A stretch of DNA of 64,000 nt from Rhodosorus marinus CCMP1338 (Eukaryota; Plantae; Rhodophyta): contig JAMWBK010000013.1 of the NCBI GenBank assembly GCA_029953675.1, forward strand, positions 682,001-746,000, in the 5' to 3' direction. Made by a program: the position numbers and the translations under genes. The notes below the pieces were generated by a model that searched no databases, was not told the origin of the DNA, and saw only the letters and a program-made list of their open reading frames with translations. Positions 1-10,454 of the stretch are shown here, piece by piece (position 1 is the first letter of the stretch; every line of letters begins with the position of its first letter).

Positions 1-273
1 TAGTCTGGGCACAGAAGATACGCTCTCAATGTCCTCCCCCATCTTAAAGCCGCTCTCTTTCAACCGAGCATTTGACGCCTTGTATTCGTTGTAAGCCTGC
101 TCCTTCTCCTCCAGCTTCATCAGATACTCAAAACAAGCCTGACATCGGTCCTCTGACAGCACCTTGCTGGAGGCACTTGACCCAATCGGATCCCCAAAAA
201 TCTTCCGCATTTCCAGGACAAATTCGTCCTCGGAAACGCAAACATGCTCGCTGCCAATCGGTGCCGTGTTCAT
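1..273 (-). CDS. Hypothetical protein, N-terminal part (runs off the left edge of the window)
   Basis: Open frame from ATG at 273: MNTAPIGSEHVCVSEDEFVLEMRKIFGDPIGSSASSKVLSEDRCQACFEYLMKLEEKEQAYNEYK...; no stop before position 1; preceded by the G/T-rich sense-strand leader seen before other genes here. No family recognised. Confidence 0.55.
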   Translation of the reverse strand, partial: MNTAPIGSEHVCVSEDEFVLEMRKIFGDPIGSSASSKVLSEDRCQACFEYLMKLEEKEQAYNEYKASNARLKESGFKMGEDIESVSSVPRL

Positions 274-3072
274 CCCTCCGAACACCAGAACTTGGGGGGA
301 CACCCAAAAGCAGTCCGCTCCCCCACCCCGCCTCCACCCAGAAAACTAAAAAAAGGCCAAAAGCAGCAAGCACACAACCTAACCAAAACTCATCTCTCCA
401 CAAACCCAATAAAATCGAAATTCCACCAGCTCCCGCCTCCCCCTCGCCCCACCCTTCCCTCCACAACAACCAGTCAACTCAATCCCTTCAAATCCAACAA
501 CCTCCACCCTTTTCAATTCCCCAAGTCAATCTGCTCACTCCTATCAGCTACGACCTCAATTCCAAAAAAAGGGAGCCCCCTGCACCTCCCAGGATACAAC
601 ACCTCTAAACTGACCCTCTCTCTCTCTCATCACACAAATCTCTCTTCACCCACCTACCCTCCTGCTCTCCACTACCTACCTCTCCAAAATGACTTTAAAG
701 GGCCCAACAACTCTACCCCTCTCACTCCACAAATGAGAACCGACACTTAAGCCCAAAACGTGAAAAAGCCAGCAATTTTGGGAGAAAACAAATGCGTAAA
801 TGTGGACTTCATATCCGCCCAAAAAACTATTTCAAAAAAACAAAATAATAAGAATAGTCATAATAAAGAAAAAAAAAAGGAGCCAGCCAGCCAGCCAGCC
901 AACCATCCAGTCATCCAAAATATTCAAATATATCATTATTTTCTAATTCATATAAAATTCATTTTAGGAAGGGGGGAGGGGGGTTTTTGTAATTGAATGG
1001 GCTGAATATAGGAGGGAGGGGAGGTGGGTTACATAAATGTACAATTAGTTATTTTTTGTTATGTATTATTTAGTTTCTGAATTTTCTATGGTGAGAGAAA
1101 GGGGGAGAGAGGAGGGTGGATCTGGATTGATAGGGCGTGTGGGGTAAGCAAAAAAAAAAGGAAGAGTTGACTTAATGTATGTTGAATAGCGTTTGGGGTT
1201 GGGTGAAATATTCTATCTTTGTTCATGTGGAAATCCCGTCGTTGTAATTCTTTGTAAAAAGAATTGATTTTCTAGTTCGATGGGGGGAAGCTGAGGATTA
1301 GAAAAGGGGGGGGAAGGGGTGGGGTAATATATCATTTGGTTCAACGATAATTTTGAAGTTTTTTTGAAAGAATAGTTTTCCAATAAAGTTTTTACTGCTA
1401 TAAGTGAGAAATGAGGAAATCTATTTATTCAAAGATTTATGGATTCTTGTGGATAGGAGCGAGATATTTCAGGAATACTGTTGATTGGACAGATGTCACC
1501 GCCGTCGAGCCAACTAATATCTAAGATGAGATTCACACTGCATTTTTCGACGTAATATTATTATCTTTGGTAACCAATCGAATCGTTTTCTCTGCAGACA
1601 TTTGCATGAATTGTATAACTTTTAATAAAATCGCTTTAACCAACGTGAATTTTTTCATGCGATGATTCTTTGAGAACATTATTTATTAATGAAATCCGAA
1701 GATATTTTTCTGAAAGCCTACAAATTTTTTCCATAGAAGAAAGAAGCAGGTAACTTGTTTGCCCAACCAGATTTCTTAGGTTGAGTTTTGCAGATAGGAA
1801 TGGTGCCGTTGGAGCAATCGATTGCACCAACAACTGCCGAATACGTAATCTGGGAGAGTGTCAGCGTGCTTGGTGGCACTCCTGAGTGAACGCAACCTAG
1901 TTGCAACGGGGAAAGCGCTCTGCGCAATCTCCGTATTAGAATGAGCAACCTGGCGAATGTCGGCGATCATCATGGGGTTGCAATGGAGGAGGCGGAATCG
2001 CCATACGTGGTTATATCCGATATTCAGAAAACAGTTGCTTAGGAACAGGGGGAGTGGACTTGCGGAGTAGTGAGACCTCCTGATCTGCACAGACGGATGA
2101 AATCAAGCGTATGCTCAGCTGAGCTGATGACTGTTTAGTTTCTTCACGTGAAACTTCCATCTCTAGTTCAGTGCCATATGATCATGATGTCGGGGCCAGA
2201 GTCAGGAGACCCCTCGTACCTGGGCTAGTCCGCACTGTCCCATGAGCATTCTCACAAGGACGTCTTTTCGAAAGCTTTCCTTCCATTCTGTGGGTTTGGA
2301 GAACATCTGTAGGTCACCCGTCGGGCCTCGGTCTTATCGGCTCACGAGCGTTTCTGTGAGAGTCGAAGCTAGTCGCTTTGCGGGGCTGCATTGACTGCTT
2401 GGAATTGATTTTCCGCTAAATGTATGCGTTGTCACTGCGGGGACTTGCGTTTTAGACAGGTGCTGACAAGCGTACACCACTACGAATCTAAGATGGGCGA
2501 AACTACTCCTGGTACTGGAGCTTGCAGCTGCTCATTTTTATGAAGGGAGCGGGGCTTTGCATCGCTTGTCACTGCGGTGCCCCGGGGACATGGTACATGA
2601 AAAAAGCCCTTGACGGACTTTCCTCCGAGGAGTGAAGAGTTCTGTCGATGCCCTCTCTGGAGATGTGCGGGAGTAGTGCGGTGAACATCAACTCGCTCAG
2701 ATTTTACTCATACTCATTTTGGCGGAATCAGCCGTTTCTAGCCGCCACACAAGAGGTATTGATGGTGAAGCCGGAACCGTTCCTGAGCAGCTTCCTCGAA
2801 CAGGCGTTACCTTACCACACCCCATAAAAGATCCCGCAAAGAAACATACATAAGACTCAACAGATATTTGTCGTCCACCGGGCAACTACGAAGCTCCATC
2901 TTCCAGGGCCCTTCCGCAGAATATGTGAATACAGACTCCGGCCTCCTCCTTAAGGAGGAATATTTAGGGGTTGAGAAGGCAGCAGGGTTGACTCGCGAGA
3001 TGACGCCGCCAGGTGCTTTTGAACGATCTCAGTGGCATAGTCTCGAGTCTCGATTGTCTTCCACGGCATCTA

Positions 3073-4766
3073 CTACTCTTCTTGGGACAACTGGCTCAAT
3101 TTCTTCAACGTGATAACCGCATTCACAGCTTTTCGGAACTTGCGCTTCGTGGAGTGCAGCTCTCTTAAATCGTTCGTCAATGGTTCCGAACAGCAAGTGT
3201 GCGGGTCGCAAAGCCATTTGTGATTCAACGCAGCAACGGCAGTTAGACGCTTAGCCGGGTCAACCTGCAGCAGAGAGCGAATCAGACTCTGAGCATCCTC
3301 TGAGACAGTTGACCACTGCCGCGGTGGGAAAGCATAGCGTCCCGTCGCAATCTTCCTCAAGCACTCGCGATCCGTTTTCCCAAAGAAGGGCATCTTTCCG
3401 GACAGCATAATGTAAAGAATTACACCTGCAGCCCACATATCCACAGCAAAGTCGTAGGGCTTTCTCATGACTACTTCTGGTGCTACATAACCCGGTGTGC
3501 CGATAAGCTCTCCATCGTTGATCTTATCTTCGGTCGCGCTTGCCAGCCCAAAATCGCTGAGCTTCACAACTAACGGCCAGCTCGAGTCCTTACAGAGCAC
3601 GTTCTCAGGTTTCAAGTCCCGGTGAACAATGTGATGGAGGTGGAGGAAAGATATTGCCTGGACGATACTCCTCATAACCATACTTGCGTCCTGTTGTGAG
3701 CCGCATCCACAAACGAAGCAAGAAAAAACGGAAGGGATGTCAAGAACCCTTCAGACGACGTTCCATTTCGGAGCAGCTGCTTCAGTCGTCCGTGGAGACA
3801 CGCACCTTCTCACTGAAACGGCCCCTATCTGCAATTTGGTCGAACAGCTCCCCACCACGCATCAACTCCATTACGATGTCCAGCTCGTTTTGCTGCTCGA
3901 AAATGTCGTACCTACGGGCATGTCAACCCCTCCCATTAACAACAATTCCAATACAGTTAAACACCGCCGCGACATTTCAAGCCAGTCTACTTACGTTCGA
4001 ACAATGCCCGGGTGAAATATTGTACTGGCAATTCGAGACTCAACTGCAATAAATTGCAACTCCTCCGGAACCTTTTGTACAACCTTGACTGCATACTCCG
4101 TCCCAGTGGCTCTACCTCTCGCGAGATAAACTCGAGCAAATGCGCCTTCTCCAAGCACCCGGTCAAGTTCGTAAAAGTCTTGCGTGTTCTGTTTTCCGAA
4201 ATAAAACACACCGGGAATGATTTGTTTTTTTCAGAGCGTGCGCTAGACTTGTGCCCACGAGCTCTGCGAATGTCCTTCGCTCGATCCACGTACGCTATCA
4301 ACTGCGGTGCACAGCTTTGGAACGACTTGGTCAAAAAACACCTGGGAATCGTCCGGAACGAATCTCTCGTCACCATTAGCCAGCGGAATGATCAGTATTT
4401 TTCTACCAGTGCCTTCCTCAGTCTCAAGTCGGTAGGGGTTTGCTCGGAGATTCGTAACCCACAAAGCCGGACTATCCTGTCCTTGTCACGAGGAGTTATC
4501 CGAAGGCGCTCGAACCGGTAAATAACGGTTCGTCACAGTTTCAAATTCACCAGCCAAAGGGCAGAGGAAAGACAAAGCAGTAGAACAACAAGTTGGGCTA
4601 GGAGGGCTAAGCATACCGGAGCCGTGTGACATGACAGGTACGGGCCTTCTAAACGAAGAAGCCTTCGCGTTCGACATCCAAAGAACCTTCCATACTTCTC
4701 AAACCATTGCTCAGTCTTCAAATCCTTCAACTCCAAAGAGTACAGCTTGGTCAAACAATCCACCAT
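3073..4766 (-). CDS. PH-domain + CaMK-like Ser/Thr protein kinase (paralog 1), 5 exons
   Basis: Exon 1 MVDCLTKL..WFEKYGRFFGCRTRRLLRLEGPYLSCH (PH start); exon 2 DSPALWVTNLRANPY..; kinase motifs [49 protein letters not shown]; basic amphipathic tail RKFRKAVNAVITLKKL; GT-AG introns in compatible phase. Confidence 0.9.
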
Positions 4767-6471
4767 CTCGTGGTTCCAATTAACCCCTCCCCCCACCTAT
4801 CCGCTATAAATAATAAAATATCAAGGACAATAAACCCCTTACCAACAAGCCTTCCTTCTTCCCAACTATTCTGCCCTTTCAGAGAAGAATAAGACAGGTC
4901 GAGAATTGCTCCTATCCTCCTCGCTATATCGTCAACCTTCCCACGTGTTTTTTACGTGCAGAAATCGTCCCTCCCCCTCATCATACTACTGCGCGAAGTG
5001 ACTGTCTTAACGTCCTCAACAATTGCTACCTCAAAAAATGACACAATCGAGTTGGGAAAATGTCGTTCACTCGTTCCTGATGAAGAAAATGCGTTTATCT
5101 ACCCCTATGATATCTAAAAATTGTACTGGCATTAATACCCTATATTATTTACGTTTTTCATACTTGATGGGTTTTAAGGATTTCTTTTACCCATCTGGTC
5201 GGAATCTTTTTTCCAGTGCAAACTTGGGGCATGTTTTCATCTAGATTTAGAAATAGACGGTTGTAGAAATTCTTGATTTGGGCAGTTTCGTAAGTGCTTA
5301 CTTGCACGGTGGTTGTTGAAACGGATGTTGTTTGCCATGTTTACGTGTGAGGCCAAATTCTGACGCACGGCACTGATCACAGAGTTAGAGCTGAGGTTTG
5401 CCCAATTTTCCCTTGCACAAGGAGCTGAAATGGGAGGTCGAGTCGAAGCCGGCCCTGAGGAACCGAGCCCACGCTCGCGCGCATGCGGAGAGCGTGCACC
5501 TCTCAACTCTGGTTGAGGCCCCAGGCAGCTGATGCCCACTGTAATTTTCGGTCAGCTTGGGCGACTAACGATGCCAAGCATTCAAAATGTACCGAAAGCA
5601 AGCGCCTCCAAAGACCCGTGTCAGAGGACCTACGCCGAGTGAATCCCTGGCTGTGCGCCTTAACGAGCTGGCAGCACAGTATCACACTACCTTGGGCAAA
5701 TTCTCACAGTCGGAAAAACAAAGTATCGCGAATAAAAGTCATTGGAAAACGGGTTTTGCCCAGAGCGAGCATCTATAGAAGCTTCTACAAAGCCTTGCTA
5801 GCACCTCCCCTCCCGTTGCAGTCCTAAACCTGAGGGTTCCAGCAGTATGTTTCGAAAGCGATCATCATCCCCTATTTTATCAACATGGCTTGATTTTGAT
5901 TGAGCAAAAAAAACCTTTTCCGAAACACCTAATTACTTAACTTAAACAATATATTTATAGCCAATAAAAACAATTAAAGTCTCGGTAATCGATTTTAGAT
6001 AACTTAATTGGTTTGTGGTACTCTATTCAGCATAAGTTTGACAGTAAGTGAAATCTTATTCGTGCAATAGAAGCACAGAATTTTCTTAAATGAACATTAC
6101 ATGTTTTTAATTGGTTAGATGTTTTATTGTTATGCATTAAGTTTTATCTGTAGGCTGAGTTTTATTTGTTTTTTTCTTTATGTTGCCCGAGGTTAGACTT
6201 TGGGATGATTTTCGATCGATTTTCAACGACCGCTTTGAATGGTAAAATCTTCCTAGGTGGAGGTGCGGGCATAGTCTTATGTAGCGGAAGAGTTGGAGCT
6301 ATTGGCATGGTAGGGTTTGGGTGTGAGGTTGCGTGTGCACTTTGCTGAACGGGTTGAACCGCCTCCTCCTCCCCGCTTTTGCATTTGAGTCATATAAAGA
6401 CTGATTATCCGTGTCCAAAAAACAGATCTGCTGGGTACTTGTCTGCCTGTGTTCACTGCGCAACGTTCGAG

Positions 6472-7481
6472 ATGGGTGCTAAGACTTCTAAAGAGATGGT
6501 CGTCGGAAAGGTTTCAGAGATCAATATCTATCCTCTGAAATCTGGACGTGGATATTCTGTAGAGAATGCGGAAATTTGGGAATCTGGTCTAAAAGGCGAT
6601 AGAGAGTTTATCCTTGTGGACGAGACAGGGAATTTCACTTCCCAACGCAAGATTCCTTCCATGGCGACATTGGTGCTGACGAGACCAGATGAAAAAAGCC
6701 TCCTTATTAGCTATGGTGGAAAGGAGATATACACAGGACCCCTCGTCGAGGATGGTGCTGTGGAGACACTGACAATCTGGGGAGAAGACGTTCCCGGCAC
6801 TTTTCAAGGCGAGGCGTCGTCTACAGCAATTTCCAACGCCCTGAATGTCCCAGGCCTTCGGCTCTTTGTAAGTACAGACGTGGTGGCTCAGTATCTGGCA
6901 TCAAAGACTAGTATTCTCACGCTCTGCGGTTCTTGCGCTTGACTTATAGTGGGCGGGACCATCCCAGCTGCGGGATGTTGAGCAGGGCTTTGCTGTTGGA
7001 GGCAATCATCGTGTCAAGTATCCAGATGAATATCCTTTCCTTCTCACCACAACGGCATCCCTGGCCGACCTGAACTCGAGGATAGACACCTCGGTCCCGA
7101 TGAACCGATTCCGTCCGAACATTGTGGTCGACGGTGACTTCACGGCGTGGGCGGAGGAGGGCTGGCACCAAATCAGGATTAACAACGTGACATATCAGGT
7201 ATTCTGAACAGCTTCTTTCGTTGGAAAGGATTTCTGATGGTGAGCTATGTTACTGATTATGTCACGGATGCATGTTACTCCCACAGGCCTGCAAGAAATG
7301 TTCCAGATGCAAAGTCCCTACCGTTGACCAGGATACCGGTGAGCACGACTCCGGAGAATCTATGAAGGTCCTCAAGTCGTATCGCTCTGTCAAGTCAGAA
7401 GTCTTCTTCGGGATGAATCTCGTTCACGAGCAGAAGGAGGGCACTATCAACGTAGGTGATGACGTTATTCTCGTGTCATAA
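6472..7481 (+). CDS. MOSC-domain protein (mARC-like; MOSC_N + MOSC), 3 exons
   Basis: MGAKTSKEMVVGKVSEINIYPLKSGRG..DREFILVD..SQRKIPSMA (MOSC_N); YPDEYPFLLTTTASLADLN..MNRFRPNIVVDG..EEGW; CKKCSRCKVPTVDQDTG (Moco-ligating Cys region); FGMNL..GTINVGD. Confidence 0.92.
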
Positions 7482-7925
7482 ATCACCCGAGACCCATTCT
7501 GTCTGGAACGTCGGAGACCTAGGAAATTTTTGGTTTCTCGCGTACTGCAGGCGCTCCGGGAGTACCTCGGATTCCCCCAGACTACGACGAATGACTCCGT
7601 TTCTGGACAGTGCGTATATTCTGGCTCAGCCGGGAGTCATGAGGGTATGAAGGGATGTATGTACAGTGCTTGGGCGCGTTGTTCATCTTTGGGCGCAGAA
7701 ACTCTAGTTTTAGGAAGTTCAGATTTCGGTCCAAGCCTGGACTGAGCTACTAGCGGGGAGGCTATACAATCAGTCGAACTTAAAGATGGGAATTGATTGG
7801 GATCATGCCGCTCCATACTCGCCTTTAAGCCTTGGGATTGCAGAAAGAGGAAATTCATTAATTTTACGATTAGTGAGAGTAAATGCTGTGTCAGTCTAGA
7901 TTAGTTGTGAAAGACTGGTCGCACA

Positions 7926-8055
7926 CAATGCAACTTCGAGAAAGAATGCTAAATGCGAGGCCTAGGCGAGGCAACTCCAAGCGCCTTCTCCTGAGGACTC
8001 TTCAGGTTTCCTTGCCTAGGCCTCGCATTTACGATTCTTTCTGTAAGTTGTATTG
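7926..8055. repeat. Imperfect inverted repeat / hairpin (46-bp arms, 38-nt loop)
   Basis: 7926-7971 caatgcaacttcgagaaagaatgctaaatgcgaggcctaggcgagg matches the reverse complement of 8010-8055 at about 40 of 46 positions. Confidence 0.85.
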
Positions 8056-8226
8056 CTGGGTTGCCCCATCTGATGTACTACATTCTGAGTCTCACCCGAC
8101 TGCTGACACTTGGTACGTCGTCATCAACGATGAGGTAGTTCCTTTAAAAAGGAGAGACTCGGTACCAACTCCTCGTCTGGAGCGGATAACGAAGTTTTCG
8201 GGTGGAAGGATGAGCACCTGAGTGGA

Positions 8227-9010
8227 ATGACGACGAGTCGGATTGGGAAGACTGTCCAGATCAGGAAGGAACACAAACTCAAGTGGAAGACTGTTTCGTC
8301 AGAGCCGGAGAATCTATCCGAGGATACCAAGATAAATGAGAACAATGACGAACATGGGATTGGGACATCTCAGGTTCCAAGATCTGAACGAGTGGGATAC
8401 CAGTTGCAGCCTGACGCTCTCGCAAGCTTGAAGGCCGTTGACGCAGATCAACAAGATCAACACCAGATGGAACCTCGGAATGCAAAGGAGGCAATAGAAG
8501 GTGTTGATAAGGACTTCAGGAGCTTTGCTCTGGCGGAGGAAATAACATCGGTCAACAAGCGTCATGCTTGGGACATAGTGTCTCAGCCGGAACACCAGAA
8601 ACCGCTTAACACGAGAGGGAATCACAGAGATGATTGACAAACCTAAGATTGATGCATCAACACCAAGTCCAGCTGTATTGGTGGAGCCTGAAGTGCTTCA
8701 GTCTCCACCAACACAGCTCCCTCATTCAGGCCAAACCCTGTTCAAGAACCATATCCATTGGGCAGAAAACGTGACGAGTGGAAGAGAGGCACTCAGGTCT
8801 CTAAAGACTCGACCTGATGAGCTTTGAAGTCCAAAGTTGATTCAGTCTAGTGCAGTTTTCCCCCGTGAGGCACTGTTGACTGATCGACCTTCAACTTTCT
8901 TGACAAGCTTCCTCGGCATCGAGGTCCAATTCTGCCGTCAACCTTCATAACTTGCTCAAACCTCACCAAGGCTCCCCCAGTTGCCTCAGCTCCATGTCGA
9001 CACATGCATT
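8227..9010 (+). mobile_element. Degenerate Ty1/copia LTR-retrotransposon pol fragment (start of RT, RVT_2-like)
   Basis: VPRSERVG..EPRNAKEAIEGVDKDFRSFALAEEITSVNKRHAWDIVSQPEHQKPLNTR resembles the copia EP.SY.EA....W..AM.EEI.SL.KN.TW.LV..P...KP motif; later SFLGIEV and LHVDTCI resemble copia RT motifs; stops and frameshifts; no LTRs recognised. Confidence 0.72.
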
Positions 9011-9782
9011 AAAATGATGGACTAAAGCTGCAGCCTCCCCAGGAATTTGCTGACGCGGAGGCGGGCAGTGAAAGCAATGGCTGTGTAGAGGCGAGGAAGG
9101 ACATTGAGGAAGATTTTTGGTTCGGACTCTTGGAGACGAAGGGAAAGGCTAGGAGGGCCCACCACTCCACTGTTCTTTTGACGGCATACGCAAGAGTTTG
9201 TTTTCCTAACGGCGATCAGCTTCCGGTGCCTGCTCTAGTTCATTGTCGCTCGGACGTCCAAAATAAACGTTCTCGTTCTAGAAAAAAAAAGAGAGAACCA
9301 TCGCCATAGTTTAGACGATCCAACTCAAAAGTTTACTCCTAGTAGAGAGAAGTTTTATGATCTAAAACAATTTTTTGATTTTTGGGTCGAATACGTTCTA
9401 TTATATGAGTTTTAATGCGTAAAACTGAGTCACCGAAAAGTACCGCCAACGAAAGTACGGTTTTGTTTTTCGGTTGTTATATTGAGGGTGATGACGTACC
9501 TACTCCTTTGACATTGGACGCGGTTAATATGGGGATAGGTTTCCTGGGGACGTGTGGGGAGGGAGTGGTGGGGCTGGTGGGAGAACGGGGGAGAGTGAGG
9601 AGGGATGAGGATCGCAGAAGTTGGAGATTTGAAGAGGAGGAGGTAGTTGAAGGAAGTGTGAACGTGTTTGTTCGTAGGTAGGTTTTTTCTTTGTTTTTTT
9701 TTGTTCAGTCTATATATTTGGGTTGGGGATCTGGGTGAGGCATTTTTAGGGGGGGGGGGGAGGTGCGTTGAGGTTGGAAGAC

Positions 9783-10454
9783 ATGGAGGACGGAGGTGAT
9801 GATCGTGGGATGAATATCGACCGACCGCTGGAGGACATTATAAAGGAGACTAGGAAAGGCAGGGGGGGTAAGCCGAGAAAGAGCCGGCCGAAGAAAGGTG
9901 GAAAGGGGGGAGGAGATGCGATGCAAATAGATAAGAAAATCAAGACCGGAGGAATTCAAAAGGACAGCAAGAACAGGAAAAGGAAGCCTAGCGGAGTATC
10001 TGTTGGGGCTTTCAAAGCCGCGGCGGCAGAGGCCGGCCTAACCGGCTTGTCCGGAACGAGAGTTGATGTATCTAACTTGGGTCCAGGCGTTACCGAAGGG
10101 GATTTATCTGAGTTATTCGCGGGTGTAGGTCCTCTCGTCAAAGTGAAGATGATCTTTGACAAGAACCACCGCTCGTCAGGAAACGCCATAATCTTGTTCA
10201 GGAACAGATCCGACGCCGTAGAAGCCATTAAGAAGTACCACGAGGTTCCGCTCGACGGAAAACCTCTTAGTCTATCTCTTTCGACTAAGGGAGTTGGTCC
10301 AGAAAGCAAGGGAAGCACTTCTGGCGCCACCGGTGCGGTAAAGATTGTCTCTTCGCATGGCAAGCGGGTAATTACGCAATCTTCAAGGGGCTCGACCCCC
10401 AGGAGGAGGGGAGGATCAAGGAAACCGGGACGACCGAATGCAATGAGGATGTAA
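9783..10454 (+). CDS. ALYREF: ALY/REF mRNA export adaptor (THO complex subunit 4 / Yra1-like), intronless
   Basis: N-terminal REF-N box MNIDRPLEDII, RG-rich region, RRM (VDVSNLGPGVTEGDLSELF..G.L..V..IFDKNHRSSGNAIILF..DAVEAIKKYHEVPLDGKPL). Confidence 0.88.
   Translation: MEDGGDDRGMNIDRPLEDIIKETRKGRGGKPRKSRPKKGGKGGGDAMQIDKKIKTGGIQKDSKNRKRKPSGVSVGAFKAAAAEAGLTGLSGTRVDVSNLGPGVTEGDLSELFAGVGPLVKVKMIFDKNHRSSGNAIILFRNRSDAVEAIKKYHEVPLDGKPLSLSLSTKGVGPESKGSTSGATGAVKIVSSHGKRVITQSSRGSTPRRRGGSRKPGRPNAMRM

Noticed and set aside
72-996. Several 60-180 aa Pro/Ser/Lys-rich ORFs on the plus strand
   Set aside because: They are by-products of the C/A-rich antisense face of a gene leader; low complexity, mostly non-ATG starts, no motifs.
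5240-5830. GC-richer island with short ORFs (ITELELRFAQF.., ESLAVRLNELAAQY)
   Set aside because: Only vague gag-like resemblance with no diagnostic motif, so not called as a feature.
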